Shown here one piece after another: positions 12,773 to 17,570 of a DNA stretch of 17,570 nucleotides. The notes beneath the pieces are model-generated. The model was not told the origin of the DNA and ran no database searches. It was given only the letters and a program-made list of their open reading frames with translations. The DNA comes from a virus. The DNA lies in IMG/VR virus record IMGVR_UViG_3300045988_058210, positions 1-17,570 of that record; one strand, given 5' to 3'. How positions within the stretch are numbered: the stretch's first letter is position 1; each line of letters begins with the position of its first letter. The translations under genes were made by a program, and so were the position numbers.

Positions 12773-14932
12773 CTATTCCGGTAACACTCCGTCTTGAGAG
12801 TTTACCAATACTTCATAGTATTCATTCGATACACCTAAGGTATAAGTGGTATCAAGGATTCCAATGTTACTAGCTGTTAAAATTTCTTCCCCGTTTACTT
12901 TGATGTAATGGGGTTTCGAGTTGTTAAAGCAACTGATTGTCCGGCCGACATTTTCCATCCGGCGGCAGAGACGGAAATTATTGCAGCACTTTAAGTTTTC
13001 CGCTCCCAGTTTCTTATTCATGCCAGCGACCGTAGACGTAAAACGCACGGGGTCTTTGCCAGATTGCGCCGCTTTTTCGTCCCATTCCACGCTGCAGTAT
13101 TTTTTCGCGCCGAGTGTTTTAAACTGGATATACAGATCATCCAGTTCCCAGACGCCGAGAATGTAACGGTTGTCACCAACGTCACAAAACGCCGGAATGT
13201 CATTTTCAATTGCACGTTTTGCCAGTATTTTATTTTTGGCGTCAAATTCCGGAATGTGTGCTTCCGGATGCAGAAATTTGATGCTGTCGGTATCACAGTA
13301 CACAACATCCATTCCCACCACGTCCAGCATATCTTGTAACTGCTTTCTTGCATGGGCGGTAACGTAGATTCCCCATTGATAGTGCAAAAAACTATTCTTT
13401 CCCGCGTAGTACGTTTTCAGTGCTTTTTCCGCATCTGCTTTTTCCCGATGCCATTCACCCGTAAAAGCATCCATCGCCCATTCGTCCTGTAAAAGATCTG
13501 TCACACACATTCCGAACGTGCTGTTTAACTTATTCTTAGACTTCATGTACTCGTAGACTTTATCGGGGTTTCCTTTCAACTGGCTTTTTGCGATAAAAAA
13601 TGACATCATCGTTTTACGCATACTTTCCGGTAACTTTCCGCGCGCGGCTACGTAGCACTCCGAGACGGTAAAAAAGTCGTAGTCGTACTGGTTTCTTATG
13701 ATTGCTAAGTCAATTTCCGTCATTGCTATTTCGCAGCAAGCAATAGACAATACGCGTCCATTATCAATCACACAATCTTTCCCGTGCTTCTGACACTTTG
13801 ACAGCGGGATATACGGGACGGGGATATTTTCTTTCATACGCAAGTTGTCAAATTGTACCCGCATGATAACACAACGTGTAGCACACAAGTTGTCAAACTG
13901 TCCCTGCGTTTTGATCTCAACCGCCCGAAACGCACTCATGGGATAATACTTACTTGCGATCTGCGCCGGATAACTACTCGAAATATCCATACTTCCCATA
14001 ACGATCACAGATTCACCTTTTTTCGCTGTGATCGTGTGCCCCGCGTGAATGCGGTTGGCGTGGGTATTGCCGCCACGGAACGCGTCTTTGCAAAGCTGGT
14101 ACTGCGGTAACGTCAAAGCCAGATCGGCAAATACTCCCGGATAATAACCGCTATCTGCCTGCATGGCGCGGCGAAATTCGCGGCGGACGTAGCCAGTTGA
14201 GGTAAGGGGGATTTCTGCAAGGTTGTCATCTTTTCGTAAGGCGCGGATGCATTCGCACAATCCACGAACGTCATTGTAGCAATATCCCTGTTCAACGTCC
14301 GTTAAAGGTGTTTTTGGTGTACGTAGTTTTTTATAGTCATACGTATCAACCAGTTTATAGTGGGTCACGCCCGCACTGTTCTCACAAAATTTTGAAAGAC
14401 TCATGTTGCTTAAAAAATACGAGCATCGAAACTCAATCCCGTATTTATACGCATAACATTTCATAACTTTATGTGCATCCCGCGCAAAGATTTCATCAAA
14501 TTCTATGAAATCTTTCATGAATTGAAATTCATAGGAAAGATTATGAACGTAGACGACAGCGCGTTTCGTATCAGATGTTTTCAAATACAAATGTACACCC
14601 TCACAAAAACGAATAAACTCGTTCCATGTTCGTCCGAAACAGACGGTATCTTTTAAACAGAACTGCCAGTGATACATGAAAGCATCACCTTTTACTACTT
14701 TTTCCCCTGTTTTATGATAGCGTTTATAATCTAATTTTTCCAGTGTGGTTGTCTCAATATCAAACGCCATTTCTACGTCATAATAAACGATAGGATTTTT
14801 CTTTCTTCCTCGTTTGCGGCATTCGCGCAACGTCTGGTAATCGGAAAAAGGAAAATCATTGACCGAATAAATTGTTTCACGTGAAACATCTTCGTTTCCG
14901 TTCACGATAACAGGGACATCCAATTGATACAT
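12773..14932 (-). CDS. Protein-primed family-B DNA polymerase (phi29 gp2-like)
   Basis: This 719-aa ORF carries every expected motif: Exo I FDIETTT, Exo II VHNLSYEFQF, Exo III YCYNDVRGL, YxGG-like AFRGGNT, motif A MDISSSYPAQ, motif B KNKLNSTFGMC, motif C VYCDTDSIKF and KxY LGAKKYC. Confidence 0.97.
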   Translation of the reverse strand: MYQLDVPVIVNGNEDVSRETIYSVNDFPFSDYQTLRECRKRGRKKNPIVYYDVEMAFDIETTTLEKLDYKRYHKTGEKVVKGDAFMYHWQFCLKDTVCFGRTWNEFIRFCEGVHLYLKTSDTKRAVVYVHNLSYEFQFMKDFIEFDEIFARDAHKVMKCYAYKYGIEFRCSYFLSNMSLSKFCENSAGVTHYKLVDTYDYKKLRTPKTPLTDVEQGYCYNDVRGLCECIRALRKDDNLAEIPLTSTGYVRREFRRAMQADSGYYPGVFADLALTLPQYQLCKDAFRGGNTHANRIHAGHTITAKKGESVIVMGSMDISSSYPAQIASKYYPMSAFRAVEIKTQGQFDNLCATRCVIMRVQFDNLRMKENIPVPYIPLSKCQKHGKDCVIDNGRVLSIACCEIAMTEIDLAIIRNQYDYDFFTVSECYVAARGKLPESMRKTMMSFFIAKSQLKGNPDKVYEYMKSKNKLNSTFGMCVTDLLQDEWAMDAFTGEWHREKADAEKALKTYYAGKNSFLHYQWGIYVTAHARKQLQDMLDVVGMDVVYCDTDSIKFLHPEAHIPEFDAKNKILAKRAIENDIPAFCDVGDNRYILGVWELDDLYIQFKTLGAKKYCSVEWDEKAAQSGKDPVRFTSTVAGMNKKLGAENLKCCNNFRLCRRMENVGRTISCFNNSKPHYIKVNGEEILTASNIGILDTTYTLGVSNEYYEVLVNSQDGVLPE
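14873..14888. promoter_or_regulatory. Second copy of the 16-bp palindrome TGTTTCACGTGAAACA, inside the 5' end of the polymerase gene
   Basis: Read directly. It encodes residues VSRET, about 45 nt downstream of the polymerase ATG. Confidence 0.45.
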
Positions 14933-14942
14933 GGTTATTACC

Positions 14943-15521
14943 TCACTTTAATTTAGTTCTATTCTTATTAAAAAGTTCTTCCTCCGTAATATATCCATCA
15001 AGAAAGTCCTCATACTCTTCCAGAATATCTTCGAATTCAATTCCGCTATCATTTAATTTCGAAATAAAATCGTCAATGATCTGATCGGATTCCACCTGCT
15101 TTCGCAAATCCTTTTTGTAGATATTGGATGTTAGAAAACGATACAAGTCTTTATAGTTATCTTCTGTTACTTCTCCATTAATTTTATTCTTAGACTTGTC
15201 AAAACGTCTCTGCATTTCTGCAATCCGGTATCCCTCCAGTGTGGTTTCTGGAGAAGTCAAAAACGCAATCATGGTATCCCATTCCTGCCGGATGGATGCA
15301 TCCGAACGTTTCGTACCTTTCAAGAAACGATTTTTTTCTCGTCCTTGTGACGCGAAAAACTCCTTTACACGTCCGTATTCCCATTGGTCGCGTGCGTGTA
15401 CTTTTTCCAGTTTGGCAAGGCGGCTATTCGCCGCCGCCGCAACTTTAGGTAATTCGCGTTTGATCTGGTCAATGGATAAGTCAAGGTCTTGATAGATGCT
15501 ATAGTCTTTTGAGTTCGGCAC
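14943..15521 (-). CDS. Putative terminal protein (priming protein), assigned by position and composition
   Basis: This 192-aa ORF starts at GTG, preceded by AAGGGGG. It lies immediately upstream of the polymerase gene, as gene 3 precedes gene 2 in phi29. It is highly charged, with a basic N-terminal half (KVAAAANSRLAKLEKVHAR) and an acidic C-terminus (IEFEDILEEYEDFLDGYITEEE) carrying Ser/Tyr/Thr candidates. I cannot verify any sequence homology. Confidence 0.4.
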   Translation of the reverse strand: MPNSKDYSIYQDLDLSIDQIKRELPKVAAAANSRLAKLEKVHARDQWEYGRVKEFFASQGREKNRFLKGTKRSDASIRQEWDTMIAFLTSPETTLEGYRIAEMQRRFDKSKNKINGEVTEDNYKDLYRFLTSNIYKKDLRKQVESDQIIDDFISKLNDSGIEFEDILEEYEDFLDGYITEEELFNKNRTKLK

Positions 15522-15631
15522 TATTCACACCCCCTTATAAAGATTCGCAATTTATCAGAAATAATCTCGAAACCTATTACTTCTATGCGAACATAGCCGC
15601 AATACAATTTTATAAAATCTACTACTCTCAC
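15521..15631 (-). CDS. Micro-ORF (36 aa, VRVVDFIKLYCGYVRIEVIGFEIISDKLRIFIRGCE), absent from the ORF track
   Basis: I translated this by hand. It starts at GTG (15629-15631), 7 nt after a strong SD, TAAGGAGGT, which overlaps the stop of the upstream gene. Its TAG stop (15521-15523) overlaps the GTG start of the next gene by 1 nt. It fills an otherwise unexplained 122-bp gap. Confidence 0.45.
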   Translation of the reverse strand: MRVVDFIKLYCGYVRIEVIGFEIISDKLRIFIRGCE

Positions 15632-15643
15632 TGTGATACCTCC

Positions 15644-15994
15644 TTAATACAAGCAATCTTCATTTGCTCCATCTGTAGAATACAGAGGGCACATAGTACA
15701 GTTGTCGTTTGCAGAACAAATAACACGGTGAGAAACTTCTACATAGTACGCTTTTAAAGCGTAACGTGTAGAAATTTTGTTATGCAAGTTTACGGTAAAA
15801 CCTACGCCAAAATTACCTTTGTAGGGCAACGGATTACATAACGCACTCACCTTTACGTAGCCATTCGTAAGAGACGCGTGATCATATGCGTAAATATGTA
15901 CTTCTCCATCAGTATCTTCTGATTTCACATATAACGGAATATCCTCCATTCTAGCCGGAATGCTAGACAATTTATCGATAGGTAATGCTTGCAT
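15644..15994 (-). CDS. Hypothetical early protein (116 aa), Cys-containing C-terminus
   Basis: The ORF has the SD AAGGAGA 6 nt upstream of its ATG. I recognise no motifs. The C-terminus reads CSANDNCTMCPLYSTDGANEDC. Confidence 0.6.
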   Translation of the reverse strand: MQALPIDKLSSIPARMEDIPLYVKSEDTDGEVHIYAYDHASLTNGYVKVSALCNPLPYKGNFGVGFTVNLHNKISTRYALKAYYVEVSHRVICSANDNCTMCPLYSTDGANEDCLY

Positions 15995-16005
15995 GTTTTT
16001 TCTCC

Positions 16006-16398
16006 TTATCTTTTTTCATAATAGCCATATAATGACTTGTATCCACTATCCCAGGTATCGTAGTAGTTGCCGTCGACTACAGCAACAACGTGATTCGCTA
16101 CTTTAAGTAGGTAGGCACCTTTTTTATGCTCGGTAGCAAAACCCGCAACCGTAGGACGTTTAGAGCCTTTTTTATTGCTAATGCCGTAGTATGTAAATCC
16201 CAACTTGTCTAATATATCGCGCTCTGTCTTAAGATCGACATTAAAGATGTTAGGCGTTTGATACTCGCGGCAATACGGGATAGTCAAGTCAAAAGTTTCT
16301 AGCCAACTAAGTCCGAAAACTTTACTCAACGCCCGTATCGTACAATCACCGTATTGATCTTTTAAATCTTTACCATTAGGCTGGTAGTATGTATACAT
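16006..16398 (-). CDS. Hypothetical early protein (130 aa) with a papain-fold-like Cys/His/Asp pattern
   Basis: I trimmed the ORF-track call 16006..16434 to the ATG at 16396-16398, which is preceded by GGAGAAAGGAGC. The ordered motifs QYGDCTIRAL, ANHVVAVVDG and YYDTWDSG resemble C39-like/papain-like cysteine peptidases. Confidence 0.55.
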   Translation of the reverse strand: MYTYYQPNGKDLKDQYGDCTIRALSKVFGLSWLETFDLTIPYCREYQTPNIFNVDLKTERDILDKLGFTYYGISNKKGSKRPTVAGFATEHKKGAYLLKVANHVVAVVDGNYYDTWDSGYKSLYGYYEKR

Positions 16399-16447
16399 GA
16401 ATGCTCCTTTCTCCCCGTCTTGCCGATAGGTCAACAGATGTTAAGTA

Positions 16448-16636
16448 TTAAATGGAACGGTACAGCGGCGATTCATGATATAACTCTCTAAAAAGATCGT
16501 CATATGTTACCCACTTAGTAAGTGCTTTTTCCGCTGGCATGCTCTTTTGTCCATATACATTTTCCATTATTTTGAGCATATCCCATGAATCATTGCATTT
16601 TTCATTTAATACGGTTTTAATTTCTTCTACTGTCAT
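16448..16636 (-). CDS. Hypothetical early protein (62 aa), first gene after the early promoter
   Basis: The ORF has the SD AGGAGG 8 nt upstream of its ATG. It is mildly acidic and I recognise no motifs. Confidence 0.6.
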   Translation of the reverse strand: MTVEEIKTVLNEKCNDSWDMLKIMENVYGQKSMPAEKALTKWVTYDDLFRELYHESPLYRSI

Positions 16637-16684
16637 TTAATTTTCCTCCTTTTTATATTATTGGTTTTCCTTGTTTCTGATATT

Positions 16685-16713
16685 ACAATACCACTTTTCT
16701 AGAAAAATGTCAA
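16685..16713 (-). promoter_or_regulatory. Early promoter (TTGACA-17-TATTGT, with TG at the extended -10 position), just inside the right ITR boundary
   Basis: On the minus strand, TTGACA (16713-16708) is followed by the 17-nt spacer tttttctagaaaagtgg and then TATTGT (16690-16685). It lies in the only unique non-coding stretch between ITR-R and the first gene. Confidence 0.65.
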
Positions 16714-16729
16714 TCCTTTTTCTAGAAAA
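16695..16729. promoter_or_regulatory. Twin 12-bp palindromes TTTTCTAGAAAA (16695-16706 and 16718-16729) bracketing the -35 box
   Basis: Read directly. One copy lies within the promoter spacer and one immediately upstream of the -35 box, with centres 23 bp apart. I saw no other copy in the window. Confidence 0.6.
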
Positions 16730-16754
16730 TATCATTACACACATATTCACACCG

Positions 16755-17570
16755 CGAAGTGTCCGTCACCCGGAGGGCGCGCGAAGCGCTACAGCCTCCG
16801 GCGGTCATCGGCGGACAACCGCACGATCACAAGCGATAACTAACATGACTCATAGGATATGACTGGCAGTCCGCGCAGCGGACGACCCCGAACGGGCAGG
16901 CGCGGACGGAAAGGACGCGCCGTGTCCGTCACCCGGAGGGCGCGCGAAGCACTTCCGCCTCCGGCGGTCACTGCCAGACATCCGAGCGTTACTGCACGAT
17001 TACTAAAGTTACACATAGATAACCGACGGCAGTCCGCGCCGCGGACGACCCCGAATGGGCAGGCGCGGCACTTCCGCCTCCGGCGGTCACTGGCAGACAT
17101 CCGAGCGTTACTGCACGATTACTAAAGTTACACATAGATAACCGACGGCAGTCCGCGCCGTGTCCGTCACCCGCGGACACTTTAGCAGACTAAAGTGAGT
17201 TTCCGTTTCGGTTGTGTCCGCGACCCGCGGACAAACGGTCGGTTTTGTCCACTTTTCGGGCAAAATGAGTAAGTATTTCGGAAGAATTGTGCGAGATTCG
17301 GGTGGAAAACGTGAATATTTGTGAAATTGTATAGACAATTAGGCTGGACTAACACTTTAGTCGGGTGAAGCGTTTTTGTCAAGTTGGAAAAATGCATAAA
17401 AATTTTCGGGCATATGTGTTGTAATAAGTATTAAAAGTAAACAAATGCAATGAAATAGTTTGCAAAAACGGTGTCTTTCTCACGCGGACACCGTTTCTTT
17501 TGTGCAATGTGCTGTCCGCCGTACGCGGACAAAATTGGGAAAATGTCCGCGTGGGACGGACTATATATAT
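16755..17570. repeat. Right inverted terminal repeat (ITR-R), 816 bp
   Basis: Reverse complement of 1-816, with coordinate x mapping to 17571-x. The mirrored ORFs 16840..17100, 16859..17125, 16989..17180, 17108..17338 and 17182..17397 translate identically to their left-end counterparts. Confidence 0.95.

Noticed and set aside
1-17570. Transposon, casposon, polinton-like element or linear plasmid interpretation of ITR plus PolB
   Set aside because: There is no transposase, integrase or Cas1. A complete phi29-type capsid, portal, tail, lysis and packaging set is present, so a virion-forming phage genome is the simpler reading.

Overview
From first base to last, the window looks like a complete 17,570-bp linear genome of a small phi29-like, protein-primed tailed phage. 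It is bounded by inverted terminal repeats (ITRs) at 1-816 and 16755-17570; I checked the end and boundary segments base by base, and the interior (174-731) via identical mirrored ORF translations. All 19 coding regions I can support lie on the minus strand. The right-hand early/replication module (16636 down to 11801) holds three small accessory genes, a 36-codon micro-ORF, a putative terminal protein, a family-B DNA polymerase with every exonuclease and polymerase motif, a 78-aa protein and a putative ssDNA-binding protein. It ends at a clear intrinsic terminator (11657-11690). The left-hand late module (11490 down to 973) runs: packaging ATPase, unknown 96-aa protein, BhlA-like holin, NlpC/P60+SH3 endolysin, tail-associated peptidase/lysozyme, scaffold, major capsid, tail knob, portal, lower collar, beta-helix tail appendage. 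No integrase, repressor-type lysogeny gene, tRNA, rRNA or CRISPR array is visible. The lysis genes suggest a Gram-positive (Firmicutes) host. The unusual content is non-coding. (1) The ITRs are very long and begin with an (AT)4 reiteration. They carry at least seven GTCCGCG..CGCGGAC-type palindromes and a GC-rich block of degenerate 119/163-bp tandem units. (2) The same palindrome type recurs at an internal near-consensus promoter. (3) That promoter is followed by a compact pseudoknot-capable RNA with a terminator-like closing stem, next to the packaging ATPase gene; it could be a pRNA-like ncRNA or an attenuator. (4) A 16-bp perfect palindrome, TGTTTCACGTGAAACA, occurs twice. (5) The early promoter is bracketed by twin TTTTCTAGAAAA palindromes. 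All functional assignments come from reading the translated ORFs against remembered family motifs; no database search was possible.
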